64,000 bases of DNA from positions 48,575-112,574 of IMG/VR virus record IMGVR_UViG_3300024270_000013. One strand, given 5' to 3'. Source of the DNA: a virus. The position numbers were made by a program, and so were the translations under genes. Within the stretch, counting starts at the first letter, position 1. The number at the start of each line of letters is the position of its first letter. The notes under the pieces were generated by a model. It was given only the letters and a program-made list of their open reading frames with translations. It did no database searches and had not been told where the DNA came from. Positions 12,770 through 26,890 of the stretch are shown in pieces.

Positions 12770-15700
12770 ATGGACAATAATCATACTGATTATTTAGAGC
12801 AGTTGTTTTAGGGTGTAGATATCCTTATTGATCGAAAGCTCAAAGATATATCATTTGATACAACTATTATTTGTACTATTGTTGATGCAAGTGATAGTAA
12901 AAATGGTAGATATCAAGTAACTGATGGTACCGTTCGTTTTGAAGCATATAGTGATAATGATAAATACAAAGTGAATGATTAGGTTCGTGTTTCTATTATT
13001 AAGGGTGATCTTACAAAAAAGAAATTTATTGTTGGTAAATATGTAACTGATAATTACACTTAGCCAATTACATATGTATCACCTTTAAATACAGTAGTTA
13101 ATATTACAGGTAATTTAATTCCAAATGATAAATAGGGAATGAGCATTATTGCAAATGGAAAAATTACTGAAGATGATCCTGACCCAAAACATCATTTAAT
13201 TTGTTGTATTCCATTAGCTGATGGTGCTTTTGCTGATCTTCAAACTAATGGTATTTATAATACAATTACTTTAAAAGCAGATTTTAAAACTTTTTTACAT
13301 AATTATAATGTAAAATCTGGTACATATGGTTTATAGTTAGATTTAGTTGTAAAACCAAACAGAAATAGTACACGCAAACTTTTAAAAACTGCTTATTTAG
13401 AAAGTTCTGAAATGTTTGGTAATCCATATGCATTTTCTATTGCTACTTAGTAGACAAAAATTTTTGATATTGGAACAGTTGGTATTATTACAGATATTTT
13501 ACTGACATTATATCAAGATGGTAATTTTTTTGATATTAATGGAAATAAAATTGAACCTGCTTTAATTGGCAATATTACTGTAGAAAATATTGAGCTAGGA
13601 TTTGGTAGCGATTTAGTTGCAGTTGGTGATAACACTTTAAAAATTTATACTGAAAGTGATCCACAATATAAATATTATGGTCATAATCCATATCCCTATG
13701 ATAAAAAATTAGGCTATCCTAATGAAATTAATAAAGTTACTAATGAAAAGCGATTGGGTTTATTGTGGTATAATAAAAATGATTTAAATGAATATTTAGG
13801 TTTTAGTGACGGATTATATGACCCTGATTATGATGAAATAGAATATTTGAATTTAGCAAAAGAAGATACTAGATTAACTGCTTAGATGGGTAGAGAAGGT
13901 ATCCCGACAGACCGAGATAGTTTAAATCTTGCTGCTAATCTAGAAGAAGCTATTCCTTTAATTACAAAGGCAATGAAAGTAGTCACTTAGGATTTAACAA
14001 CTACTTTAAGAGCTTTGCGTTCTTAGGTAGAAGGAGTTACTACTTTTACAAATGAAATTGATAAATTAATTGCGCTTGCGGCCGCCGGAGGGTCCGATTC
14101 TTTAGCTGCCCTTGCCGCAGATATTGATGACAATCTTGAGCTTTTGGAAGCACAATATAAGGGTGTATTAGCACATGGTGTAAAAACTCAAAATCTTGAA
14201 TGGGCTAGCGATAGTGAAAAAATAAATAACTGGAATAGTAAATGGGATATTCACTATGGAAATAATATAAAGATTGCTTTTAAAACTGTGCGACAAAAGA
14301 TTGAAGCGTTATTAAATAATGTCATTAAACCAGGAGTGTATGGAGATGCTGCCGCATATAGTGGATATGCAGGAGTTTATGACACTTATAAAATACGATT
14401 GGAACGAGTGCTAAATACTTTGGAAGAGTATTTAGATCCAGAAAGTAAATATGATTTTCCAATTGATGTTTTTAATGGTGTTGATTATAATACTTTACAA
14501 TCTTACAAAAATACAAAAACTCAATGGAAATCTTATATTAAGAAAGATTTAAGTGCTTATGATAATAAGTATTGTATTTATTGGTTTAGATATGATAAAG
14601 ATTATGTTAATAATGAAGTTCATTAGTTTTTATCTAACGGTTGGCGTAGATTAACTGAACTTCCTCGCAATATAGGTGTTCCTGGTAAAGGTGAAAAAAT
14701 TGATGGTAAAACTTATAATGCAATTAAACTCGCTCCAGGAGAGGGATTAATTGATGTTATAATGAGATTTAATGAATCTGAAGAAAAATACAAAGCAGTA
14801 TTATTTTATAATCATGCAATGTATGAAAGCGATGAGTTAATTTTTACTAACGAAGATCGGATACCCGAAACCGCAAATATTGAAACAGGAGATTTATTAA
14901 TCTTTGAACATATTGATAAATCTCGCAATGATTATCAATGCTATAATTTAACTAATTATTTAATGGATAGCGCTGACGCAAGCCATTTACGACAAATTCG
15001 AGTTAAATATGATGGTTTATTATATGGTGATGAAATCCTTGCTAGCGGAGGTATTTATTGGTACGTTCCTATTACTTCAACTATGTTAACTGTTAATATT
15101 GATGAGCTTATCGCTCATGGATTTGTCACTGATTATGAAATGAATCCAAAACCACCTTATTCAAAAGCTGGATATATTTGTTTTTATAAATAGATTTAGG
15201 GAGAAAAAGATGAGTCTGGTAAATGGACTTTCTTGGATGGTAATGGATTTGATACAAGAGATTTTTGGTATAAAATTAAACCGTACTATGATGCTTCCGC
15301 AAGTATTAATTCTATTAAATGTGAATTTAGAGCTGCTACTGATAATGATATTGTAAGTGGCGAAGAATTTTTTAATTTTGGAGTAATAGGTAGCAATGGT
15401 ACTAAATATACTTTATCTATTAATCCTGCTACAAATTAGGTAGCAACTTTACCCACTAAAAATTTAATTTTAGATGTATCTTTAAGAGATTTTAATAATG
15501 AAGAAATTGATCTCAGTATTGGAGCTAATGGAGTCGGATAGACTTCTGAATTTACTTCCTCTTGGTTGTTTAAATTAAATGGCAATGCTCCTACAAAAAT
15601 TGAAGATGGAAATAAAGTTATTGGTTTAACTGCTTTTGGTGGAAGTTGTGGTATTGTTAAGGCAAGTACGAAATTTCAGTTAAGTGCGGCCGGGGCTGCT

Positions 15701-18700
15701 GAGGAGACTGCAGGAACAGTGAAATATCGTACGGTAACACTAGAGACAGTGCGTGCAATACCAGCGGCTGCAGGAGATTATTATATTTCTGGACCAACTT
15801 CTATTGTCTATAATAGTTTTGGTACTATTGATAATAGAAGTATGTTTGATAATCCTTATAAGTTATTTGCAATGAAAAAAATAACTTTAGGATCTAAGAC
15901 TTATAATCCCAATGATCAAATTGATGTTAATTGGGATATTGAATATTATAACGCAAATGGTGTACAATTTACAGATGAAAACAATAAAGAGTATTAGTTT
16001 TATCGTAATTATATGCCAATTATTAATGATGCGGGTGGTTTAACTCCAGCTTCATTATATTTGGATAATATTGATTGTTATGCTGTTGTAAAAGCATATT
16101 CTGCAATTACAAATGATTTATTATGGTCTCAGCCTATTGTAATTACATAGAATCGTTTTGCATCTTCTGTACTCAATGATTGGGACGGTAGCTTGACAAT
16201 TGACAAAAAAAATGGTACAATATTATCATCAATGGTAGGTGCTGGACGGAAAACTGAAAATAATACATTTCAAGGTGTGTTGATGGGTGATATTGGCGGT
16301 AATGCTGGTATTGATCTTGACGCAAAAACTGGATATGGTGTATATGGTTTTAATGATGGTGCCTAGAGTTTTGGATTTAATATTGATGGCACTGCTTTTA
16401 TTGGTAAAGCAGGTCGTGGTCGTATTAAATTCGATGGCAATAAAGGTGCGATTACAAGTGCTTCTTATGAATAGACTCGGTTAGATCGTAGTGAACAAGA
16501 TGGCGCTATTATTTATGATATTCCCGCAGGCATGAAAATTGATTTGAATGACGGATATATTGATATTCGTGGTGCAAGTTTAGGTTCTGATGGGAATAGA
16601 TATAAGTATTATGAAACTGTTTACAAAGAAGATGGCACGACAGAAGCTATTAATAATACTATTGCTAGTAGATATGCAAATCATATTTTATTAAGTGCTA
16701 CTGGAACGAACGGATCTACTAATACTAATTAGTATTTTTTAATTGAAGTTCCTTGGAATAAGGATTCTAGTGGTATTGAAGGTGCTTGGCAATTAAAACC
16801 ATTGATTTCTATTGGATTAAATAATTATTTCTTATAGTCTCGAAATTATCGGTCTGGTACCTATTGGATTACTGACGGAGTTGCTAATGATCGAGGTGAA
16901 GGTACTTATTTTGATTTAGTTAAAGGCTATATTGATGCTTTTAATTTTAAATTAACTTCTAAAAATGTAATGATTGATTCTAGTGATGGAGCTACTGCAT
17001 TTTTAGTTGTAAAAAATAATACGAGTGGAAATAATTTAATTTATATTGGTTCTGATGGATATTATTTAAAATCTGATGATTTTGATCCAATCGGAGCAAA
17101 TGGCGTACCCGGTGCTGGTATGAAAATTGATTTAAGTACTGGTCACATTCATGCATTTGATTTTGAGTTACGTTCAAGTAATATTATTATTGATGCATAT
17201 GATAATGATGGAGCAGGCTTAATTACTTTTACTGGAGATAGTGGTACTAATACTTTATCCATTACGAATAATCCTAATGGAATACCAATTGAAATTGGTA
17301 ATGCTTTTAAAATTAAATGGGATGGTAGTATTTAGGGAGGATCGACATCTCCCTGGTCTATTGATGCGGCTGGTAATGCTAAATTTACTAATGCTGATTT
17401 ATCTGGTAATATAAATATTAGTGGTAATCTTAATGTTAGTGGCACTGGTTCTATCGGCAATTGGAAAGTTACTTCAGATGGTAATTTATAGAGCGCTAAT
17501 AATAGCGTTATTTTAAATGGTAGTACTGGAGCTATTAGTGGTTCAGCCATTTCTGGTGGTACTATTTCTGGTACTAATATTTCAGGTTCTAGTATCAAAG
17601 CAGGAGAGACATTTAATGTTACTTCAGGAGGCAAATTAACTGCTACTAATGCAGAATTAACTTCTTTAACGGTTCATGGTACATTAGCTGTTAAAACTAC
17701 AGGTAAATTTGAATTAAGTGGTGAAGGTTGGATTTCTGGTCATTTAAAAATAGGTTAGAGTAGTTATAATAATGATTATCATTTATATGTAAATGGAAAA
17801 TCTTATTTAACTGGACACGTAGGAATTGGTATTGCTCCAAATGATACATGGGATTTACGAGTTAATGGAAAAACTCGAATTGGTGGTCATACTGGTATTG
17901 GTACTGATCCAGTTGATGATTATGTATTAAAAGTGAGTGGAGACACTTATATTACAGGAAATTTAGGAATTGGAATTGAGCCAGATAATAATTATGATTT
18001 AAGAGTTAATGGTAAAAGCTATTTTTCAGGCACTTTATATTTTTCTGATGCAGATACCTATCTTTTGGTAAACAAAGATTCTGGTGGCGGAATGTGGTTT
18101 TATGGTTCGACAATTACTTTGGCTACAAATAAAGTACAATTGGGAGTAGGTAATACAGAATGTTCTACTCTTATTTATCACTATTTAGAAATTCCAGAAG
18201 ATACTCATATCCGTGTGGGTAATGTAACATATACATTGCCAAATTATATTGCTGAGTTTGGCGGAGGATTTACTTTAATTGGAGATAATAAAGTAGCAAT
18301 TGCAAATAGTGCTTTAACTTTAGCCAATGGTTCTGGTACAAAATATAGTGTTGGCAGTACTAATTGGCCGGTATACTTTTCTGATGGTATACCTGTTGCA
18401 ATTTCTGTAGGATCTGCAGGTCAAGTGTTAGCAACTAATAGTGATGCTACTGGATTAGAGTGGAAAACAATATCATAGGGATCCACTTATCCATATGCTC
18501 CAACATCTAAAGGATCTAGTGGTTACGCTTGGATAGGTAATGGTACTGGTGCCAATGACAGTGGGCCATCTTGGCAATCTACTTATCATAGACATTCTAT
18601 TACTTTATATAAAAGTAGTACTGGGATATTATATGCTGCGTAGAATAGTAGTGGCACTCTCGAACAGGTTACTATTTATACTGGTTATTCTTATGTATAA
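12770..18700 (+). CDS. Large tail/baseplate-associated fibre protein, about 1976 aa. Read through many TAG; ends at TAA 18698-18700.
   Basis: All ORF-track pieces (13139, 14144, 14762, 15233, 15566, 16532, 16970, 17933) are in frame 2, and the gaps read directly contain only TAG. The C-terminal half carries Gly-rich beta-helix/fibre-like repeats (…GNLGIGIEPDNNYDLRVNGKSYFSG… / …GHTGIGTDPVDDYVLKVSGDTYITG… / …GHVGIGIAPNDTWDLRVNGKT…). Confidence 0.65.
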
Positions 18701-18751
18701 TTAGTTAACATAAAAAAAAATAAAAACTGAGATAAAGGAGATTTTTTTCTT

Positions 18752-19120
18752 ATGAAAATGACAAATAATGAAATTTATACTTATACTCGTCAGTTAATGG
18801 ATGCATTCCAGGATGGCGAACAGAAGTTACCTATTAAGATTAACTTCTATCTTCAGAAGAATAAGAATACTCTTCTGAGTTTGGCACAGGATATTGAAAA
18901 GGCTCGTTTAGAAATTGCTCAGACTTATGGTGTATTAGATGAGTCTGGCGAGCAATATCAGATTCCTAATGATAAGCTTGCTGAGGCTAGCAAGGAATTA
19001 GAGGATTTGTTTAATTTAGAGCAGGATGTTAATATTTCTAAGATTAGTGTCGATGCTTTAAGTGATGATTTGACTCTGACTACTGCTCAAATGGAAGCTT
19101 TAATGTTTATGATTGACTAA
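18752..19120 (+). CDS. Hypothetical protein (122 aa), no TAG.
   Basis: RBS GAGATAAAGGAGA; clean ORF ending at TAA, with a terminator downstream. Confidence 0.55.
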   Translation: MKMTNNEIYTYTRQLMDAFQDGEQKLPIKINFYLQKNKNTLLSLAQDIEKARLEIAQTYGVLDESGEQYQIPNDKLAEASKELEDLFNLEQDVNISKISVDALSDDLTLTTAQMEALMFMID

Positions 19121-19127
19121 TATATGT

Positions 19128-19165
19128 AGTAAGGTGTCAGAAATCTGACACCTTACTTTATTATA
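19128..19165 (+). terminator. Rho-independent terminator
   Basis: TAAGGTGTCAGAAATCTGACACCTTA hairpin followed by CTTTATT. Confidence 0.6.
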
Positions 19166-19186
19166 AGGTGAGAAAGGAGAACTAAA

Positions 19187-21739
19187 ATGGCAGTTGTAAA
19201 ATTAAATCCGCCACTTATTGATGGCGTTATTGTAGCTCAAAAGGGAGATACATTACGCATTCCCTTTCAAATGAATCGCTCTGTTGCTAAAGGTGATGTG
19301 GTAAAAATGAGAGCGATTATTAAATCTGTATAGACTAATGTTCAAATTACTACTGCAACTTGTGAAGTGGATTAGTGGTATTATAAGAATAACCAATGGA
19401 TTGCTTTATTTCCAATTAATCAATCTGATTTTTCAATTGGTTAGTATTATAAAGTGCAATTAGCATATGTCAATATGGATGGTGAAAATGATAATGATGG
19501 TTTCTATTCTTCAGTAGGAACTTTTAAATATACTTCATAGCCCTCTTTAATTATAAAAGATTTAGAGGGTGGTATTAAAATTAATACAAATATTTATAAT
19601 TATACGGGAGTTTATGAGAATGCATTAGACCCATCAGAAAAAGTTTATTCTTATTGGTTTAATATATTTGAATTAGGAAAAGATACTCCTGTGTAGACTA
19701 GTGGAGAATTATTGCATAATTCTTCTACTGATGAATTTACTGATAAATCATAGGATACCTGGACAACAAGATACGGATGTGATGGAGATTTTACTATTCA
19801 ATACTGTGTCAAAACAATTAATGGATTAGTAGAAGAAAGCCAAAAATATCGTATCACTGATAATCAAGCAGTTGATACAGATATTTTAAAATATTATCAA
19901 TTTGTTGCTAGAAATGATGCGGCCGGCGCATACGTGGAGCTTTCAATTGAGCCTCATAGCACGACAAAACCAGAAGACCGCAAATTTATTAATGGACAAT
20001 TTTTATTGCTTCGTGCTTCTAATGAAGATAACTATCAAAGTTGGTATTAGTTAACTGAATTTGTTTTGGCTAATTGGGATAGTTAGTCCCGTAGGTATTT
20101 ATGTCGAGATTACTGTGTATCTCAAGGAGTATCTTATAAATATGCACTACAAGCTTTTAATGCGGCAGGCATTTATTCTAAGCGTATTGAAACTGATATA
20201 TTAGACGTTGATTTTGAAGATATGTATTTAAGTGATGGTAAACGCCAATTGCGTATTCGCTACAATCCAAAAGTATCTTCTTTTAAAAATACTATTCTAG
20301 AATCTAAAATGGATACTATTGGCGGAAAGTATCCTTTCTTTTTCCGCAATGGCAATGTAAAATATAAAGAATTTCCAATTTCAGGTCTTATTAGTGTATT
20401 AACGGATGAGAATAACGAATTTATTGAGGGGCTTCAAACTATAGAGCCTTATCGAGTAAATACTCCATTTATTAATTCAGAAGAGTATCGCGGTGATTTA
20501 ACTAGTAGCCATACTGATTTGAGCGCAGATAATTTTCATAAGGAACGAGAATTTAAAATGGAAGTCTTAGAATGGTTAACTAATGGTAAACCTAAACTTT
20601 TCCGGTCTCCTGGCGAGGGCAGTTTTATTGTGCGTTTAATGAATACTTCAATGAGTCCTAATGATACTTTAAGTCGTATGCTTCATACTTTTACAAGCAC
20701 AGCTTATGAAATTGCAGATTGTACTTTTGAAAATTTACGTGCTTATGGTATGCTTATGGAAGAAAAATTAGAAACTCGTGATTTAGAGTTTATTCAAGTT
20801 ACTTTAAGTGATATTCCAAGTTCATAGTTTGGTATTTGGAGAGGTAACGCTGTTATGGCTACGATTATCGGGTAGCCAAATATTCGTTTTTATTATCAAC
20901 TACAAAATGATAATATTAAAGAAGCTGATTTGGGTGTAACTGGTATTTATGAATTTGATAAATATTTGTTAGCTGAAAATCCGCTAGTATTTTTATAGGC
21001 TAGAGCTTAGTCTTCTGCCTCTTGGAGTAGCGCTGTATTAACTTATGCGCAATATACTGAAGCTACTATTGAGCCTTTCAGTATCATTGAAGATGTTAAA
21101 ATTGAAGACAAAATTGATACATGGATTGGTTAGAATCGAGATGAGATTGAGGCTCATTTAGATAAAGGTATTTATAATTCAGTGTTTAATCTTGCTTCTC
21201 CATTAAGAGAAAGCATTGGTAATGTTTATTATCTTAAAGTTCAGGAACGACCTGTTATTACTGTATTATCAGTTACTGCTATTGAAGGTGGTAAATATCG
21301 TTTTTGGGATGGTAGCAAAGAATATCATCCAACTATCGATGTTATTGTAAAATGTGATGATAAATATTATGATGGATGGACTAGAAAATTAATTGGTTCT
21401 TCATTAGATTTAGATTACACATTTGATATTACCAATAACAAGACTAAGGAGGATGGTAGTTTAATTTCTGGTCAATATAGTAGTATTAGAACTGCAGGTC
21501 GTATGATTTTAACCAATTTATCCGATATTAAATATATGTATTTAGGTAATGCTTTATTTGTAGATATTGTATATCAATTAAATACAAAATATTATACTTT
21601 TGAAACAGGTAAACTTTTATAGTGGAGACAAGATTGGGAAAAAGACCCTGAGAATTATAGTTTATTTGAAAAATATTATCGAGCTTTGATTTCGACATAT
21701 GAAGCTACTATAGGAAGGGGGAGCATAAATGCTATATGA
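19187..21739 (+). CDS. Tail/baseplate structural protein, about 850 aa. TAG read through; ends at TGA 21737-21739.
   Basis: RBS GAGAAAGGAGA. ORF-track pieces 20222-20827 and 21182-21622 are in the same frame and the gaps contain only TAG. The stop overlaps the start of the next gene. Confidence 0.6.
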
Positions 21740-24176
21740 TAAAGATTTTTTATTAAAATTAGATAAATCAAAAAATAAAATTATTTATGCTCGTATTACT
21801 GCTCTTACTTTTCAAGAGCTACCCATTGAAACTATTGAAGGACGTGTTACGCAGGGGTCTATTAATATTGATGGATCCTCTGCGGTCCGTCGTACCTGTT
21901 CTCTAACTATTGTGGCACAAGATTTTAAATATAATGATTTTTATTGGGGTTTAAATACTAAATTTAAGTTAGAAGTTGGTGTTGAAAATACTATTGATAC
22001 TAAGTATCCTAAAATTATCTGGTTTAATCAAGGTATTTTTTTAATTACCGTTTTTAATACTTCTCGTAGTACGAATAATTTTTCTATAACCATTCAAGGC
22101 AAAGATAAAATGGCTTTATTAAATGGTGAAATTGGAGGTACATTAGAATCTTCAATTGATTTTGGCTGTATTGAGGAAGAAAATGCTGAAGGTGTATGGA
22201 CTCTTAGAAAGATTCCTATCCAAGATATTATTCGTAATGCAGTTCATGTATATGGTGGAGAACCATTACATAATATCATTATTAATGATTTAGATACATA
22301 CGGTTTAGAATTGCTAGAATATAGATATGATATTCCAATGTATTTGTATAGAAGTATTCATGATTAGTCTTATCGTAATGCTACCCTTGATGGAAAAAAA
22401 ATCTGTAGGGTCCAAAAAACCGGAGAGACGAAGACTCTCGATCGTTTGCGGCCAGAGGAATTAGAAATGTTAGTTGATCCATTTACAGGAACTTTAACTA
22501 ATGTAATTATTGAAATGGACGGTCAAGAGTGGTATGTAGCAAAAGTTGAGTATGGTTAGACTGCGGGCTATAGAGAAACTGATTTAGTATATGCAGGAGA
22601 CTTAATTGCGAATGTAGGTGAAAGTTTAACTAGCGTATTAGATAAAATTAAAAATATGTTAGTTGAATTTGAATATTTTTATGATATAGATGGAAGATTT
22701 ATTTTTTAGAAAAAATAGTCCTTTATTTCTACAATGTGGTCACCTGCGGCCACAACTTCAAATGCACCTATGAGCCAGGCTCTAGCGCTCGCTTCAACAC
22801 ATTCATATATGTTTAGTGGTAGTGAGTTAATTACAGCATTTAATAATAATCCCAATTTATTAAATCTTAAAAATGATTATTCAATTTGGGGTGAACGTGA
22901 AAGTGTGAGTGGAGCAAAAATTCCAGTACATATTCGTTATGCTATTGATCGCAAACCAAAACAATATACAAAAATTTTTGTAGAAGATAATAATAAAGAG
23001 TTACAAACTTATAATAATAATTATAAAGTAAATGTAAAAGGATAGGAATCTTCTACAATTACAGCAGATGAATCAGATTGGCGTGAAGTAATTTATCAAA
23101 TGGCACTTGATTATTATAAATATAATTTTTTAAGCGACTTTGAATTGCGAGTAGCCAAAGCGAATGGAGATTTATATCCGACTGGCCGCACAGGATATGA
23201 AATTTATTATATTGACTTACAAGGCTTTTGGAGATAGCTATATTATCCAGAATTGGATGAACAATATCAAGAGGCTTTAAACACATAGACTAATTTACAA
23301 CAATAGGTAGACACTTTGACTGTGATTGTTTTTGGAGAAGAAAATCCAAATACCGATAATCGTATCGGAGGACTAGAAAACTATTTAGCTGCAATTAATA
23401 ACGAATTATCTGATGATGATCAAACAGAAGCCAATTAGATATTAATTCAATTTAAAAATTAGTATCCACAGTATGCTTCTTTGTTTATTAATGTTTCTGA
23501 TCCTTATATCGCAATGGGAATTTTAAACGATTTATATTTTAGAGAAAAAGATCGTTTAGAAAATCTAAATTATGAATTAGATAAAATTACTATAAAAGTA
23601 GAGCAACTAATTGAGGACAGAAATGAAAATTATTATTAGAGCGGAGATCATAGATATTGGAACAAGGCCGTATATAAAAAACCTGAAACTTTAAACTTTT
23701 GGTTTGATTTTTTAGATGGTTCACATGAAGATAAAAAGAAATCTAGTGAATTATCTAAATACGATGTAAAGAACATTGGCGCACGGCCAAAAGCAATCAA
23801 TGACTCTAATGTAAAGTCCATTTACTTTAGAGAAACTCCTAATGTTATTTATGCGGCTCCCGGTGAGACGGGCGCTTTACCTGGTTTTCGCTATATTCAA
23901 TGCGCTGAGATTGATGGTATGTTTTCAATTAGCGCGCAAGGTAAATCCGCAAAAGAGCGATTAGATGAGTTATTATATCAGCACAGTTATTGTATTGAAA
24001 GTGCTACAATTACAGCTATTCCAATTTATTATCTTCAACCAAATACTCGTATTTATTTACATGATGATGATACAGGATTGGATGGAGATTATATTGTAAG
24101 TAAAATTACTTTACCATTATCTTATAATGGTACAATGTCTATTACTGCGACAAAGGCCGCAGAGAATATTATATAA
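21729..24176 (+). CDS. Tail/baseplate structural protein, about 815 aa. TAG read through; ends at TAA 24174-24176.
   Basis: RBS GGAAGGGGGAG. Pieces 21729-22367, 22734-23045 and 23919-24176 are in frame 0 and separated only by TAG. Confidence 0.6.
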
Positions 24177-24189
24177 GGAGGGATGAGAT

Positions 24190-24540
24190 ATGAAACGAAT
24201 GATGTAGTTCCGCTATCATGGTCCTGGAAATGAAAATAATTATCCATCTGGCTCATTGGCTGAACGAGATTGGGCAAATAATTTATTTTATAACTATGGA
24301 GCAGTATCTCATCTTGGTATATAGGGCGAACCGGGGGTTGTTTTCTATTTAAATGGAGGAAACAACCCTATTACTATTGGTAATACAGGTATTTATGAAC
24401 TTGATTTAGAAGGTGTTGGTCGTATTACCGGTTTGAGATTTGATGATAAGGTATTAACTAAAACTTATAATAATAGTGAAAGCATTAATCATAGACTCAT
24501 CGTGGATATAGTGTATGATGGACCGGAGGTATATGTATGA
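24190..24540 (+). CDS. Small structural-module protein, about 116 aa, with 2 in-frame TAG; ends at TGA.
   Basis: RBS AAGGAGGGATGAGAT-ATG. ATGA start/stop overlap with the next gene. Confidence 0.45.
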
Positions 24541-25352
24541 GTTTTTATGGTTCTATATATTATCAAGTTGCGCAATCTTTTGCAAAAATTTTATTTAAAA
24601 ATTCCGGTTGGGATTCAAAACAATTTTTAACTAATAAGCCATCTAATGGCTCTCTCGAGGCCGATAGCCGCACAGGTGTCTTTGGTATTGATAGTGGTAA
24701 CCGATGGATTCAAATTTAGCCTGATAATGAAGGTTGTAAAATTTGGCATAGTTTACCAAATACTATAACCCCAACTATTATTTAGGGGATTGAAAAAAGT
24801 GAATCTCCTCCAGCGCCATCTTCAGTTACTGAATTGGCTTCTGGAGATTATTTTAAAGTTCCTATTATTCAATATGATGAAGCGGGACATATTTTACCCG
24901 CTTCTAATGAAGCAGTTTATTATCGCATGCCCGTTATTGATATTATTAGTGATATTGATAATTTGGAAACTGCTGTAGATGAGCTTGAAGAAGTTACTAG
25001 TACAATGAATAAAGAAATTAAAGACAATGCTCAAAGTATTAATAAATTAAATGATTAGGTTAATACTTTAGATGATACCATTGGGGATTTTAGTTTAGTA
25101 ACTGATGATAGTGATGAATCAATTAGTGAAATTATTGGCAATGTAGATTCATTTCGAATCCTTTTAGAAGATGAAGATATTACATTAACATAGTCAATTT
25201 TAAATCTAAAAGATTATACTGAAGCTCAAATTGGTACGTTGTCTGCTAGTATTTAGGGCTTAGTTCAAACCACTGGTTTATTATCTGAAAATATTAAATC
25301 CTTACAAGAGCAAGTAAAAACTCTTGAAGAAAAAGTTAATTCTTTAGTATAA
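24537..25352 (+). CDS. Coiled-coil structural-module protein, about 271 aa. TAG read through.
   Basis: Starts in an ATGA overlap. Pieces 24537-24719 and 24834-25058 are in frame 0. Ends at TAA 25350-25352. Confidence 0.5.
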
Positions 25353-25412
25353 TTTCTTTCTTTTTGAGGGAAGTTTATATATAATAATTTTGAAAAGAAG
25401 GGAGAGATTATT

Positions 25413-26873
25413 TTGGCTAATTATGTAAAATTTAGACGAGGTACAACTGAAGCTTTTAAAGCATTACCAAAAGATCAGCTTGAATTAGATACTTTGTATT
25501 TTATTTATGATAATGATGCTTCAACAGCTGATTTGTATTTAGGTTCTAAGTTAATTTCAAGCGGTGCCAATGATGAATCTATTGGTGCTACTTCATTAGC
25601 TAAATTAAGCGACGTTGTTATCAATGCAGGTCTTGCTAATAAAGATCTATTGATTTATGATCCTTCCGCAGGCACTAATGGCGCTTGGGTAAATAAGCCT
25701 TTAGCAGAAGCCATTAGCGTTATGATTGGAGCTAATTCAACTTCTGATGGACAAGCTGGTCTTGTTCCAGCCCCCGCCGCCGGAGATGTAAATCGCTATT
25801 TACGTAGTGATGGTAAATGGGTGGCCATTACAGCTCAAGTGTTTGAGTTAGAGAATGTTGATAATGTTGATCATATTGAATTAATTGGTAGCAACACTAC
25901 TGGAAAGACTTTGGCAATTGGCGACATAGCAATCGTTAAAGATATTATTGTCGAAGGTAATTATCAACATACTGCCTACGTTTATGACGGTTTAGAATGG
26001 GCGGCGATGGATGGTAATTATAATGCTGAAAATGTCTACTTTGATGAAGATTTTATTTTCACTAAAGCATTAGGCACTGTAACCATTCCTTCTTCTGGTA
26101 GTACCACTGTAAAAGCAGCAGGCAAAAATTTGAAAGAATTTTTTGCAGGCTTATTCGCAGCTGAGCAGAATCCATCCGCTACTAAACCTAGTGCATCTAT
26201 TGCTTTGTAGAGTGCTGCTAGTGTTGAGGCTGGAACTTCCTATGAGCCAAGTTATGCTATTACTTTTAGTAAAGGCAAATATACTTATGGCCCTGACACA
26301 GGTATTACTGCAACATATGCTGTAACCGACACCAATGGTGGATCTAATGATGTGGCATCTGGTAAATTATCTACTTTTATTGTAGATGATACTACTGAGT
26401 ATAAAATCAGTGCTACTGTTAGCTATACTGAGGGTGCTGTTCCTGTTTCCAATTTAGGAAATCCAGTAGAAAGTAAAAAGATTGCGGCCGGCACTATTGA
26501 TTTAGTTACTGATGCAGTAAAAGGTTATCGCAATGCTTTCTATGGAACTTTGACTGAAAAGAATACTTTAACTTCTGATATTATCAGAGGTTTAAATAAA
26601 ACTAATGCCGATGTAACTGCAGGTTCAGTTATGACTGTTAATATTCCAGTAGGAACAATGAGAGTTGTTATTGCTTATGAAGCAACTATTCAAGATTTAA
26701 CAAGTGTTTTGGATAAGAACGACTCTAACGCGAATATTGTATCTGGTTTTGGCGAACCTCAAATTATTGCAGTTGAAGGCGCAGATCATCACAGCGCTAT
26801 TGATTATAAGGTTTATGTAATGGATTTTGCAAATCCTTACGATGCAGCAAATGTATTTACTGCTACTATTTAA
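25413..26873 (+). CDS. Tail-fibre protein, about 486 aa, with the conserved phage-fibre N-terminal motif. One TAG read through.
   Basis: Probable TTG start 7 nt after GAAGGGAGAG. The N-terminus MANYVKFRRGTTEAFKAL…DTLYFIYDNDASTADLYLG resembles the conserved tail-fibre/HylP-type N-terminal domain. Pieces 25413-26210 and 26352-26873 are in the same frame and separated by TAG 26208-26210. Confidence 0.6.
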
Positions 26874-26890
26874 TAAGGAGGTAAAGATTT

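Noticed and set aside
16287-16484. Leu/Val-rich 65-aa ORF, an out-of-frame reading within the fibre gene 12770-18700.
   Set aside because: It is an alternative frame of a Gly/Asp-rich coding region. The composition is an artefact of frame shift and there is no start context.
17332-17634. Pro-rich 100-aa ORF on the minus strand.
   Set aside because: It is antisense to the Gly-rich repeat region of the fibre gene (GGN codons read as NCC on the reverse strand).
25151-25165. tRNA T-arm-like sequence TTCGAATCC.
   Set aside because: It lies inside a coding frame (…GNVDSFRILLED…). There are no flanking acceptor, D or anticodon stems. No tRNA gene was recognised anywhere in this window.
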